A stretch of 64,000 nt of DNA, taken from the NCBI GenBank assembly GCA_965153355.1, contig OZ231126.1, positions 42,842,001-42,906,000 on the forward strand, read 5' to 3'. The notes beneath the pieces are model-generated. The model searched no databases and was not told where the DNA came from. It saw only the letters and a program-made list of their open reading frames with translations. Both the position numbers and the translations under genes were made by a program. This document shows, in pieces, positions 39,242 through 52,260 of this stretch. Position 1 is the stretch's first letter. The number at the start of each line of letters is the position of its first letter. The DNA is from Flaccisagitta enflata (Eukaryota).

Positions 39242-40313
39242 AAAAACCGAAAGGTAGTTTCGTTGATGGCACCAAATGGAGGGGAAAGACGTGAAAATGG
39301 AGAGCAAATAAACGGGAAGAAAAAAGATCAAATGGATCAATGAAAAAAGAATGAACGTACGACGAAAAAAAAAAATAGATACAGAAAGTAAAAGAAGAAA
39401 GAAGAAACTGAATGATACTAAAACAAAAAGTGTGGAGCTTTACATCGCAAAGAGGAAAACATTGGAATGAAAAATGTCAGTATCCCATGGGCATATTCAA
39501 ATTTGAAGCTTTGATAAATTACTGGCATTTAAATCGGAGTACCAAGGCAAAAAAACTGTTTCATGTAACATAATTTATCATTCTTGTTAGGTTATTTTGA
39601 CATCATGGATTACAAAATGCTTGCTGATAAATTTCATCTGGTTTGCGATCGTTCATAGACCTTCAGAATCTAGGTGATTGATCCAAATCAATCCATCATT
39701 ATTTCCATCTTGTGTAAGTTACAACTATGCAATTGCAATAGGCCAATAGTGTCCAACTCGTCATGTCTGCCACGCGCAAATTGTGGTTCCATCATTCGGC
39801 ATATAACTTTCAATGCGTGTAAGGCCATATAAGGCTTTGCTCATGAAAGTATCATTTTATTCGTTTTTCGAGCCGTGCGTCCACGGCACGATAAGTTTCT
39901 TTTTTAGTCGCGGACATGCGACTCTACACCTTGGTCCGTCGGTCGGTACGTAACAAATATTTTTGAATTACGAGCGGTTTTTGCATCACGGCCCCTGCCC
40001 AACCGTCCGCGACTGTCCTGCCGTGTATCCGGCCTTGTTTTTTTGGTCGGTAAGTCTTTTGGTTTCTCCTTTTGTTCATTTTTTATTCTATCTGTCCGTT
40101 TATTTTTTTATTTTATCATTTGTCCGTTCACTTGTCAATCAGTTGATGTAAACAATTTCACAAGGCAGATTTACAAAACTGCCTTGGCTACTTGTGACTA
40201 TGGTAGCATGGTTGTTCGACCTTAATTTTGAAAAGACCGCTCTTTTTCAATTTTTTTTTCATTTTTTTAAAAAGAGGTCTCGGATCGGTGGCGCCAGAGG
40301 CCGATAAAACGGA

Positions 40314-40396
<83 letters not shown>

Positions 40397-40723
40397 GAGA
40401 TAGTCCGTCCCGTGTTTTGGGGTCGTGTCAAAACGGCCATTTATGAAGCTAGTGACACAAAAAATGTGTCATTAACCCATGAAAAATATCGTTATGACAC
40501 GGCTATAAATCACCGTTACAAAACGATCTTTTTTTGGTGTTACAACACTTATGGCATGCCGCAGTTTTGAAACGCTTTTTTGGGGGGCTTTATACACGCG
40601 TTTCATACAGCTGGCATACCGATGCTAAAAAACTAAATGTAGCTACTGTTTTCATGTGTCAAGACGCCCACTTTTTTCGTTTCTGAAACGCATATATGTA
40701 AAGTTATATAACGACAGCATTTA

Positions 40724-40940
40724 GTGTTTCAGAAACGGCCTTTTTTGTGTTTCAGAAACGGCCTTTTTGGCATTTCAGAAACAGCCTTTTTGGCGTTTCA
40801 GAAACGGCCTTTTTGGCGTTTCAGAAACGCCATTTTTCGCGTTTCAGAAACGCCTTTTTTGGTGTTTCAGAAACGCCATTTTTGGCAGTTCAGAAACGCC
40901 ATTTTTTGGCATTTTAGAAACACCATTTTTGGCGTTTCAT
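40724..40940. repeat. ~21-bp minisatellite (GTTTCAGAAACGCCATTTTTGGC-like)
   Basis: About ten tandem units with a GTTTC-A-GAAAC palindromic core. Confidence 0.9.
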
Positions 40941-41883
40941 AAACACTACAATGTGAAGGAATGAAACGCAAAAAAAAGATTGTTTTTGAAGCACTCATTC
41001 TTATTGTGAAGGAAATGATTAGTTTTGATCAGAAAAGATAAAACAAAGCCGGATACACAGCCAATACCAGTCCCAGACGGGTGGGCAGGAAATGCTTGTT
41101 TTCTCCACTTGTGCATGCAGACTAAAGGACAGATGGATGGACAAAGCCTCTTAAAGAGAAACCAATCCGCAGCTAACAAGGCCAGATATAGGGCTACCCC
41201 TGTCGCGTAAGGTGGTCAGGGGCTATATTTGAGGTCAGGGGAGCATTTGGGCAGGAGCAGCATGCCTAAACACCCCATAAATACTGAAACGTAAAGTGTG
41301 ATTGACGGACCAATGGATGAATGGATGGATGGATGGATGGACGGATGGACAGACTGACAAAGCCGGGTGTAGAGTCGCGTAGTACGCGACTGAAAACAAC
41401 TAGCATATTAAAGAGGAGGAACGCAATGGAACCTTGTTTTGCTTAAGAACAAGGCCAGAGACATGGTTACCTAGTTGCTGCGTGTGGGCAGGGGCAGTTA
41501 TAAACAAGTCATCCAAGGATTGCACATGGTCAGCGGTGCCCGATGCCAGGCTTGGAGTGATCAGCTGATGAAGTAGAGTGAGAGCAAGGCAGCGGCCCAA
41601 AAGGGCTGATGTCTTGTGGACCAACAGACCAACGGACCAACAGACCAACAGACCAACGGACCAACGGACCAACGGACCAATAGACCAATGGACCAATGGA
41701 CCAATGGACCAATGGACCAACGGGCCAACGGACCAACGGATCAACGGACCAATGGACCAACAGACCAACGGATGAGAGAGTTGCATGTCAACAACTAAAA
41801 AGACGCTCTGCTGAGTAAGTCCAGATAAAGAAATGCTACTGTAAATCTTTTGAATGAAAAAATTTGATTTTTTGTTTTCTTAG

Positions 41884-42046
41884 AACAAGGCCGGATACAT
41901 GGCAATCCTGTCGCGGATGGTTTGGCAGGAGCAGTAAAGCAAAAACCGCTCAAAATTCAAAAATGTGACAGACCGACGGACGGATGGACGGACCGACTGA
42001 CCTACCGACCGACACGGCAAGGTGTAGAGTCGCGTGTCCGCGACTA
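41884..42046 (-). mobile_element. Family A HINE-like element (short variant); further copies near 37142, 39905, 41174, 42094, 42735, 48113, 51800, 59596, 61797
   Basis: AACAAGGCCGGATACATGGC...GTAGAGTCGCGTGTCCGCGACTA. The same terminal motifs recur at the listed positions. Confidence 0.75.
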
Positions 42047-42286
42047 AAAATGAAAAGAGTCTTTTTGTCAGCTCTATCTTTACTCGTTTCTTTTAGTCGC
42101 CTGCTACGCGAATCTACAACCCGCTTTGTCGGTCCATCCATCCGTCCATTGGTCTGTCGGTCCATCGGGCTGTCATACTTTTCCTTTTTTTTTGGTTTTT
42201 GTGGTCTTTGGCCTCACTGCTCCTGCCCAAATGATGAAGCGACCTCAAATATGGCCCCTGCCCAACCGCACGCGACTTTGGTAGTA

Positions 42287-42697
42287 CTATACGAATTAAA
42301 AAAAAAGACGCACCTTTGTATTTGCTGATAAAACTGACTTAAAAAGTACAAAAAAAATTTTACAGAAAGAGTGTTTTTAAAGATTTTCAAATTATCTTTC
42401 ATTCTAGACCAATCCAAGATCTGTATCTTTAACGGTTTAGGAGCTAGAGCTCTTTAAAGTGAGACACCAATTTGCTGAATTGCATCTTTTTCAAAGAGAC
42501 TGCAAAAACAAATTTGGCAACGTTTTTACTAAAACTAATGCCATTTCCAAACGAAAAAAGATAGAGATACCAGATTGGTGCCAAACGAAAGAGTTTTTCA
42601 AGAGCTTCAAAATGGTCTAAGATTTTAGTTAGTTTTTGTGATTTTCAATGGCGCAATCAATCATTCAAAAGTGCGTCTTTTTTTTAAATTCGTATAG
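42287..42697. mobile_element. MITE, TA TSD
   Basis: TA|CTATACGAATTAAAAAAAAAGACGCAC...GTGCGTCTTTTTTTTAAATTCGTATAG|TA. Confidence 0.8.
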
Positions 42698-42793
42698 TAG
42701 AGTGGGCTCAATTTGGGCATTCAAACGAAATATAAGGCCGGATACACAGCAATACAGTCGCGGATGGTTGGGCAGGAGCAGTAATGCGAAAAC

Positions 42794-42929
42794 TAGGGAT
42801 GTGGAAGCGGTAGATTTTAGTGCCGCTTCCACCGCTTCCGCTTCCGCTTCCGCTTCCATTTTGTAGTTCAAACACTAGTAGCTATCCCATCCTCCAAAAT
42901 GGAAGCGGTCAATCGCTTCCACATCCCTA
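42794..42929. mobile_element. Small hAT-type MITE (136 bp), 8-bp TSD, nested in a HINE-like element
   Basis: GCGAAAAC|TAGGGATGTGGAAGCG...CGCTTCCACATCCCTA|GCGAAAAC. Internal (CCGCTT)n. Confidence 0.9.
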
Positions 42930-43097
42930 GCGAAAACCGCTTGGAATTCAAAAATGTGACGGACGGACCGGCATACCGACCTACCAACCAACTGACACGG
43001 CAAGATGTAGAGTCGCGTGTCCGTGACTGATAATCTCTAAGCACGTTTCATGTTCCATTTGTATATCAAGAGCCAAATCTCTTTGGAAAATCGATTT

Positions 43098-43228
43098 GGA
43101 CTTGATCTAGGCACTCCGTAATCAATGCTGTAGTTGCATAGAATTACTGTGGAAGAAATTTCTCTCCTAACTCCAGCAATCAATTCTCTACAACTACAGC
43201 ATTGATTACGGAGTGTCTAGATCAAGCC
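43098..43228. mobile_element. Small hairpin MITE
   Basis: CTTGATCTAGGCACTCCGTAATCAATGCTGTAGTTG ... CAACTACAGCATTGATTACGGAGTGTCTAGATCAAG. TSD not identified. Confidence 0.7.
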
Positions 43229-43253
43229 CAAAGAAATTGGGATCTTAACATGC

Positions 43254-44513
43254 AACAGGTCGCCCAAGGGCAATATGTGGTCAGCGATACCCGTTGCCCT
43301 GCTTTGACTGATTGTGATTTGGAGTGAGGGGAAGCAGGGCAGCGGCCCCAAAGGGGACGAAGTCCTGTAGAACACAGGGGGACTTTCGTTTGTCCTACCT
43401 GAAGAAGTGGATGAGATGCTATAGAGGGCTGACTGAAGGCATTCAAGAGCCTAAACTGAGGTCTAAGAAGGCTGATACAGGGCGATCAATCTCAACTGGC
43501 AAAAAGTATTAAGCTTTTACCGTTATGTGCATCATCTCACTAATCTAGAAACACCTGTCTCTTGAAGTACTATGTTTGAAATTTTTTATGTCCAAATTTC
43601 ATAGGTCTATGATGAATACTTTGCCCACAGCATCAATTGGAAGAATAACAAGTATTTAAACTTGTAGCTCAATAAATTTGTTTTTCTCACTATAATTTTA
43701 TATTTAATAGTTCTTTTTTTCTAAATAGACTCAACTGCTGAAGTCAGATGGGTCTCAAATGAAGCATGATTTGAATCTTTGCCATTTGAGACCACTATTG
43801 AATCAGTGGGAGCATTTCAAAGAAAAGTTATATTGAATAAAAAAGATCTATTGACCTACAGGTGAATACTTGTTCTACTTGAAATTGATGTTGTGGGTAA
43901 ACTATTCATCTCAGACTTATGAAATTTGGACACAAAAAACGTCAAACATAGTTCTTTAAGAGACAAATTATTTCAGATTAGTGAAATGATGCAATTAAGG
44001 GTAAGAGCTTAATACTTTTTGCCAGTTGAGATTGAACACCCTGTATAAGGCCTCAGAATGCCGATTGGAAGCTTGAAAGGGCTAACTTGTGGCTTGAGAG
44101 AGCTGGATTAAGGGATGAAAGGCCAGAGGACTGATTTGAAGCCTGGGAGCAATGAATAGAGGTTTAGATGGCAGATTTGAGGCCTGAGAGGCCTAATTTG
44201 AGGCATGAGAGGCCAGGTTTGAGGCCCGAGAAGCCAGATTTGAGGCCTGGAGGCCAGATTTGTGGCCTATGAGGCCAGATTTGTTGCCTGAGAGGCCAGA
44301 TTTTAGGCCTGAGAGGCCAGATTTGAGGTCTGGGAGACTGGATTTGAGACCTGAGAGGCTGGATTTGCGGCCTGAGAGGCCAGATTTAAGGCCTGAGGGG
44401 TCTGATGATGGGGGGGACTAACGGACGAACGGACAAACAAACGGACAAACAAATGGAGGAACAAAAGTCCCCCTGTGTTCTACAGGACTTTGTCCCCTTC
44501 GAGGCCGCTGCCC
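43254..44513 (-). mobile_element. Family B element with nested MITE
   Basis: AACAGGTCGCCCAAGGGCAA...GAGGCCGCTGCCC. Interior (GAGGCCAGATTTGAGGCCTGA)n. Confidence 0.8.
43478..44043. mobile_element. MITE with long TIRs, TA TSD (Tc1/mariner-like), nested in a family-B element
   Basis: TA|CAGGGCGATCAATCTCAACTGGCAAAAAGTATTAAGC...GCTTAATACTTTTTGCCAGTTGAGATTGAACACCCTG|TA. The empty site is visible in the sister copy near 46490. Confidence 0.9.
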
Positions 44514-44710
44514 AAAAGGCACAAGAAAAACGCTTGGAAATTATGTCTCATTCGAATGCCCAACTTGTGCCCATTCTATTAGGTAGCTGTATATCCGGCC
44601 TTGTTCTATTCTTTGTCACCTAAGGTGATTCACCTTGCAAGATTATAGCTTCTAGTCACGTGCTACACCCTGCTTTATCGGTTGGTCAGTTGGTCCATTG
44701 ATCCCCTTTT

Positions 44711-46130
44711 GGGCAGCGGCCCCTACTTCACCTTCTTCTCCTTCTCCAAACCCCCCCCCTTAGATCTCAGTCTCAAGGCCCAGATTCTTGCCTCAAGGCC
44801 CAAACTCTAACCTCAAGGCTGGTATTTGGGCTTCATGACTGAAATTTTAGGGGACAGAGAAGAAGGAGAAGAAGGAGAAGGAGGAAAAAATTCCCAATAT
44901 GAGTGAAAGCATAGTTCATTGATCCCTTTGGGGCCACTGCCCTGCCTTTCCTTCAACTTCATTCACTTAGGCAGGGCAAGGGTACCGCTGACCATCTAAC
45001 GCTTTTGTGGATTATTCACTTTTTGGGCAGCGGCCCCAAATGGGACGAAGTCCTGTAGAACACAGGGGAATTCCTTTTGTTCGTTCATCCGTCCGTCCGT
45101 CCGTCCGTCCGTCGGTTTGTTCGTTCGTCCCCCCCAGGCCTTCTAAGGCCTGAAATCTGCCCTCTTAAACCCTAAAATCTGCCCTCTCAGGCCTAAATCT
45201 GCCCTCTCAGACCTGAAATTTGCTCTTTCAGACCTGAAACCTATCCTCTCAGGCTTTGAATCTGCCCTCTCAGGCCTAAAATCTGCCCTCTCAGATTCAA
45301 GGCCTGAGAGGGCAGATTTCAGCCCAGAGAGGGCAGATTTTAGGCCTGAGAGGGCCTGGGGGGACGGACGGACGGACGGACGGACAGACGAATGAATGAA
45401 TGAACCAATGAAAGTCCCCTATGTTCTACAGGACTTTGTCCCCTTTGAGGCCGCTGCCCTGCCTCTCATTCTGATTTACAAGCATGCAAAGCAGGGCAAC
45501 GGGTATCACTAACCACATATTGCCCTTGGGCGACCTGTTCTAGTCGTGTGCTTCGCGACTCTACACCCCGCAATGTCGGTCCGTTGGTTGGTCTGTCCCT
45601 TTTTGGGCAGCGGCCCCGAAGGGGCCAATGACCTACGCTTTCACACAGGACAAATTTCTCCTCCTCCTTCTCCCCCGTCCATCCATCCCCTTCAAAGCTC
45701 ATAACCTAGCCTTGAGGCTCAAATCCCAACCTTCAGGCCCAAATCCTTGTCTTGAGGACCAAATACTAGGCTCAATGCCCAAATCTTAACCTCGAGGCTC
45801 AAATCCCAACCTCAAGGCTCAAATTCCAGCCACTAGGCTCAAATCCCAGCCCCGAGGCTCACATCCCATCCTCAAGGCTCCAATCCCATCCTCAATGTTC
45901 CAATCCCAGCCTGGAGGCTCAAACCCCAGCCTGATGCCTCTAATCCCAGTCTAAAGGTTCAAATCCCAGCATCTTGCCTCAAATCACAGTCTCAAGGCTC
46001 AAATCACCGCCTCGAGGCTCAAATCACCGCCTCGAGGCTCAAATCACCACCTTGATCCTCAAATCACCGCCTCCAGACTCAAATTACCGCCTTAAGGCTC
46101 AAATCACCACCTCGAGGCTCAAATCACAGC
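44711..46130 (+). mobile_element. Three consecutive family B elements (44711-45016, 45025-45539, 45605-46130) with family A stubs
   Basis: Each begins TTTT|GGGCAGCGGCCCC. Shared 3' tails in the first two. Confidence 0.75.
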
Positions 46131-46269
46131 CTATGGACAAAACAATATTTGTGTATATTGCGGTTGCATGAGATGATTCACCGACAAAGATTAATGTAAA
46201 AGGTAGAATATTCCGGTCCGTAGAAATAATCTCGGATCAGAAATATTCCTGCCTGTAGGAATAGAGAAA

Positions 46270-46837
46270 AACAAGAGGTCGCCCAAAGGCAATATAAGGT
46301 CAGCGATACCCGTTGCCCTGCTTTGAGTGATTTTGAAATGGAGTGAGGGGAAGCAGGGCAGCGGCCCTGAAGGGGACGAAGTCCTGTAGAACACAGGGGG
46401 ACTTTCGTTCGTCCTACCTGAAGAAGTTGATGAGATGCTATAGGGGGCTGAATGAAGGCATTCAAGAGCCTAAACTGAGGTTTAAGAAGGCTGATTTAAG
46501 GCCTGAGAATGCCTGGAAGCTTGAGAGAGCTGACTTGAATCTTGAGAGAGCTGGATTAAGGCATGAAAGGCCATGGGACTGATTTGAAGCCTGAGAGCAA
46601 TGAATTGAGGTTTAGATGGCTTATTTGAGGCCTGAGAGGCTTAAGTTGAGGTATGAGAGGCCAGGTTTGAGGCCTGAGAATTTGGATTTGAGGCCTGAGA
46701 GGCTGGATTTGAGGCCTGAGAGGCAGGATTTGAGGTCTGAGGGGTCTGATGAAGGGGGGGACTAACGGACGAACGGACGGACAAATGAAAGTCCCCCTGT
46801 GTTCTACAGGACTTCGTCCCCTTCGGGGCCGCTGGCC
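46270..46837 (-). mobile_element. Family B element, close sister of 43254-44513
   Basis: Shares the interior TCCTACCTGAAGAAGT.GATGAGATGCTATAG...GGCATTCAAGAGCCTAAACTGAGG but lacks the MITE. Confidence 0.8.
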
Positions 46838-49800
46838 AAAAAGTTGGAATCAGTTTCATTTGCATTTTTGGAGGCCAGGGTTGAAGACAATAATAACATT
46901 GGTGATCGCCGGGAAGAAAAAAGTCATGGGTTGAAGGCCGGCAAACAACCATGGCTACACAGGGAGCAGGTCGCATCCCTCTTAAAAATTAAAGGGCATT
47001 TTCCAGAAAAATGACATTTTGGTCCATTTTTCTTTATCAGTTAACTAGTTTAGTCCAAAAAACCTCTCAGCCAAAATTTCAGCCATCTGGGTCGTCGGGA
47101 AGTACCCCCCCCCCCTATGTAAATCGGCCATTTTGGGGGTGGTCAGGTGTCAGGGGTAAAAAATCTCAATGTCTTGGATTTGGCTGAAATTTTTCCTGCA
47201 GAAAATACATGACTTAAGGGATCTGTAGGTACTTTTATTTTTGAATTTCATTGATTTTTGGCCGCGCTATGAGGTTCCAAAGTTGGCATGCTAACAAAGA
47301 ATGTACTACGGCGAAGGGTGACCCTCAGCCCAAAATGCTCAAAAAAACCCCCCAGGCCACCACCTTGCCACCTGTTTTGAAGGTCTCCACCTAATCCCAA
47401 CAACCTAATGAGCATCTGGTAAAAAATTTAGGGCAGATATCTGAAGATATTAGGAGATATTTAAAAAAGAAATTACTTTTTCAAGGAAAAAAAACGCGAT
47501 TTTCGCGATTTTCGCGATTTTCTGCGGTTTTTGCAACTTTTTCTTTTTTGTTGAAACCTTTATATATGAAGTTCAAAATCACTCTCTCAGAACTTTTTTA
47601 AAGCAAAAACAGCATAACTAAGGAAAAAAAGTATTGAAAAAAAAAAAGAAAAGTCTGGATTAATGGTTACCCCAATCATGTGTGGGTGGGCAGGAGCAGT
47701 GATGGACAAGGTCACTTGAGCACTTAGGCAGGAGCAGTAGGCTGAAAAGGCAAAAAAAGGCCAAAAAATCAAATAGTCAATAATCAAATCATCAAGCTAT
47801 TTAGATAGTTAGGAAATGTCACTAGGTTGGGATCAATATTTTTTTTTTTACAAACATGTCTTGTCCATAACAAAAATTTTTTGCCATAATAGTACTCAAT
47901 AGGCTAGGTTTCCCATGCTTTCAATTTCCAAAACTGAATATATCCATTGATAAGCTGCGAGACCACTATTTTAGTTCACAGATGACACTTTAAGTGCCCA
48001 AAATTTGTTTTGGCTGAGGAAAGATGTTTCTTCACTCCATGCATATAATTTTAAGGGGCCCAAACAGTGTTTGCACCCAAAAAGATTCTCTCAGGTCTAT
48101 GATTAGCATTTTTAGTCGCGGCCACGCGACTATAAACCTTGCCGTGTCGGTTGGTCAGTCGGTAGGTTGGTAGGTTGGTTGGTAGGTCCATCATATTTTT
48201 GAATTCCAAGCGGTTTTTGCATTACTGCTCTTGCCCAACCGTCCCCGACTGGATTGCTGTGTATTCGGCCTTGTTTTTCAATATGACCCAGTTGATCTAT
48301 TTTGCCCTTTTTTGGTTCAAAGTGGGCCTTTTAAGGGTCCTTAAAGGGGGCCCCATGGGTGTTTGTTCCCAGAAATATATACTTCAAATGTAAGCTCAAC
48401 ATTATCTGCCTTACTATGTCTTAGCAATCATGGGTTTAAACTGAGCAATTCCATTTTTTGCTTGTTTTTTAACTATGAAAGGGCCCTTGGAGGGGGCCCT
48501 AGAGGTGTTAGTCCCAAAAATATATTTCTCAAGTCTGAGCTAAGCATCTGCAGTGTAAATATGATCCAGCTGATTAATATTCTTGGTTTAGAACCAAAGC
48601 AATCTTATTTTTTCCTTTTTGGGCAGCGGCCCCAAAGGGCCGATGTCCTGTAGAACTTGATACAACTAAGCCAATATACAGACTACATCAACAGTGTAAA
48701 GTAGAACCCATGATAAACGAGCAAGAAGAGATGACGTTAATAACTCTGGGATAAACGACTGCATTATGCAAATGAGATTATCAGATGTCAGTAAAAAGAA
48801 ACTTCTCTTGAGAGCCACACACGCCCCCCAGACGTTTTGTTGGAAATTAGGGAGGCAAAGCGTCTTTACAAGATGATAGTAGCTTGATGGCAACTTTCCT
48901 CCTCCAATAACAATGAAGCAGAAATAATGACCAAAAGCTCATGATTTTAGTCATTTTCAGCTTTTCCGGTAGTGATGATTTGTTTTTTTTAAGCCAGTAG
49001 ACTCCTACAAATGGGGTCCCCAAATGATCCTCACCTTTGTTACTGCTCCTCCACACCAGATGAAAATATCTTGAAAGGAAATTGCCTCCTCTTATGATGA
49101 TAAAGCAGAGAAAGAGAACAAAAAGAAATTGTGATTTTGGTCATTTTCAGCTTTTTTGGCTGTTTTAGGGACCCATTGAGAGCCCCTGGAGGGTCCCTCA
49201 GGGGCTCCTGTCCCCAAGTTCCTGATTTTTATACTCCTCTGTCAGATACTTTTCAAGCTAGACCATTTCCAAAGTTTTCTCTCAATCTGTTATGAAATTA
49301 TGAAGAAAATTATATGAACACTACCTTTACCGCTGATACTTTAATCCCATTAAGCATACCTGGATCATTAGTCATGAACAATTGGCACGAGTTGACGTTT
49401 CCTCATGAAATGTGACAATTTTCTTATCTTGCCCCCCTTCATAAATCACCCCTCCATGAGAAAATGCAAGGGTGGGCCAAAAATCTGGTAATTCCTCCCC
49501 TACCCATAGACATCAAGAAACGTATGAACAAGGCCAGATCATAGTCCCTCGCTGATGGGCAGGGGCAGTGAAGCGGCTGGGCAGAGACTGTACCTGGCAG
49601 GGAAGGGCTGTATTGTGTCTGGGCAGGGGTAGTTTTGCTCAGGAACAACTATTTCAGTCGTTTTCGCGTGCTGACTGAAGAGACGCCTTCACAGCCAGCG
49701 AAGACTGTAAAAAGTCGGGGAAGAAAAGAAAGGAATTCTATCCATATTCCCTTTTGCGATTAGTCCCTATTTATGGCAAAGATCCCTCGTTCCATTTTCT

Positions 49801-49934
49801 CGGAGATGCTGTGAATATTTATAGCGAAATGCAGTCTTCGGTGCCTCTCGCTGCCGCAAAGAAACAAGAAGAAGAAAAAACAGTGAGTTAAAGAAAACAA
49901 AAACAAAAGAAAAAACTGAAACAAAAACAAAAAC

Positions 49935-49998
<64 letters not shown>

Positions 49999-50129
49999 AA
50001 CAAAAACAAAAACAAAAACAAAAAACAAGAGACATAAAACAAACAAAAGATTCAGAAATTACAGGTGCACCATTTGCAACGTGTCCGAGATAAACGAAAA
50101 TCCGCCTATAATGGTCATGAAACTCTCTG

Positions 50130-50354
<225 letters not shown>

Positions 50355-50469
50355 CTTTTTTTTGTCAACCACCTGACACATGAATTGAGTCCCAATGCCT
50401 TCCACGAGATCGGGAGTCGACGGAGAACAAGATGGCTTCCCAACCACACTTAAGTCCACGCTGTGAGAA

Positions 50470-50548
<79 letters not shown>

Positions 50549-51100
50549 CGGGGGGAGGGAGGAAGAACGAGGGAGGGATGAAAATATGTAGAATATTTCT
50601 TGCCAGACATAGACGAGTGTTTGTTGAGACGCCTCACAAAAGTCAGAGGAGAGGCTCCGGCAAGTTTCTTCATTTTCTGCCTCTTTAGTTATGACTCGGT
50701 TGAGAGCTCATATTTTCAATGTTGACTCTCTTCATAATCTTATTTTCCACGCGATGGCAGTGAAAAAATGTAACGGAGTTTGTTTATTATAACTTCTTTT
50801 TTTTTGCGTCAAATTCTTGAACGCGGAACGAATGTCTATTTGACTCAATCCTCAGGTCGGTCCGTTGGTCCGTCGCGTCGGTCTGCGATCGGTCGGTGAC
50901 TACTTCTTCCTTATAGCTCGCATCATTCTCTCTCGTCAGTGGTACCAATGGTATCAGCCTAGAACCCTAAGACCTTGACCCATCTCCAACCCCATCCCTA
51001 ACCCTAATCCCACCCCTAGTCCTAGATCATTACTCGCGTGAAAACACTTAGAAACGGAAATAACGATAGTACATAATACATACTGCCCATATATGGAAAT

Positions 51101-51395
51101 AAACGACAAACGACAAACGACAAACGACAAACGACAAACAACAAACGACAAACGACAAACGACAAACGACAAACGACAAACGACAAACGACAAACAACAA
51201 ACGACAAACGACAAACGACAAACGACAAACGACGAACAACAAACGACAAACGACAAACGACAAACGACAAACGACAAACGACAAACAACAAACGACAAAC
51301 GACAAACGACAAACGACAAACGACAAACGACAAACGACAAACGACAAACAACAAACGACAAACGACAAACGACAAACGACAAACGACAAACGACG
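51101..51395. repeat. (AAACGAC)n 7-bp tandem repeat
   Basis: Direct reading. Confidence 0.95.
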
Positions 51396-51959
51396 AACAA
51401 AATCGCTCGACTGCGTTCGTTATTTGCTTTATGTATTTGCTTTAACGAAATGTTTGAACAAGAGGAAACTATTTTCAAAAATGTGAATTGAAATGTTATA
51501 ACGGAGCCTTTGACAATTGTTCAACGAACTGAAAGAAATATCAAACAAACATTTTACTTAACTTTTATCAGATGTTCAAAGGCCAACACCTCTAAGTCGC
51601 GTGCGGGACATAAATAACTTAAGATGACAATAATTGACTTAAGATGACCAGAAATGACTTAAAATAACTAATAAAGACTTAAAATGACGTTATTGACTGA
51701 ATTGACCTGATTGACTAAAGTGATTTAATATGACTTAAAATGACTAAAATGACTTAGCATTTGAAAAAAGCTGTGAGCCCAAAAAAGCTTAAAAACACCG
51801 AAAAAGTAAAAAGGGGACCAACCAACCAACGAACCAACCGACCGACCAACAAAGCGGGGTGTAGAGTCGCGTAGCACGCGTAGCACGCAACTAAAAAGAT
51901 GGAAGCAAATTGCTTCAAGCAATGCGTGATGCAATTAACATCCGCTTTTTCAGTCAACT

Positions 51960-52260
51960 CTTTTCCATTGTTAATCTGATACCATATGTTCAGCTGTGCT
52001 CAGATTTTACCAATTCTATCCCAACAGGTTTAGACCAACTCCCTACAGCAGAGTCAGAACAACGGGAGTACCGCCCGAAGATACGCCAGAGAGACGAGGT
52101 GATACGACCGAGCGGAAGGGTACGACTCGATAACACCGGAGCAATCGATTACCGAAGGGCGAACGAACCAACCAGCCAGGACAACCAGGAAGACGCGCGA
52201 CTAAGGCAACCTAGACACAACCTGAGGGATGCCACTGGACGATTCAAAAAGAAGCAATAA
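51960..52260 (+). pseudogene. Possible C-terminal remnant of retrotransposon pol/integrase
   Basis: SIVNLIPYV resembles the RPI.KL.PL end of BEL/Pao integrases, followed by a basic tail (RQPRHNLR...RFKKKQ*). No catalytic motifs remain, so this is weak. Confidence 0.4.

Noticed and set aside
40724-40940. Palindromic direct repeats resembling a CRISPR array
   Set aside because: Units are directly tandem with no unique spacers, no cas genes, and a eukaryotic context.
46975-49450. Possible larger non-autonomous DNA transposon
   Set aside because: Could not identify matching termini, a TSD or transposase motifs.
50955-51025. Telomere-like CCCTAA variants
   Set aside because: Too short and degenerate to call an interstitial telomere.
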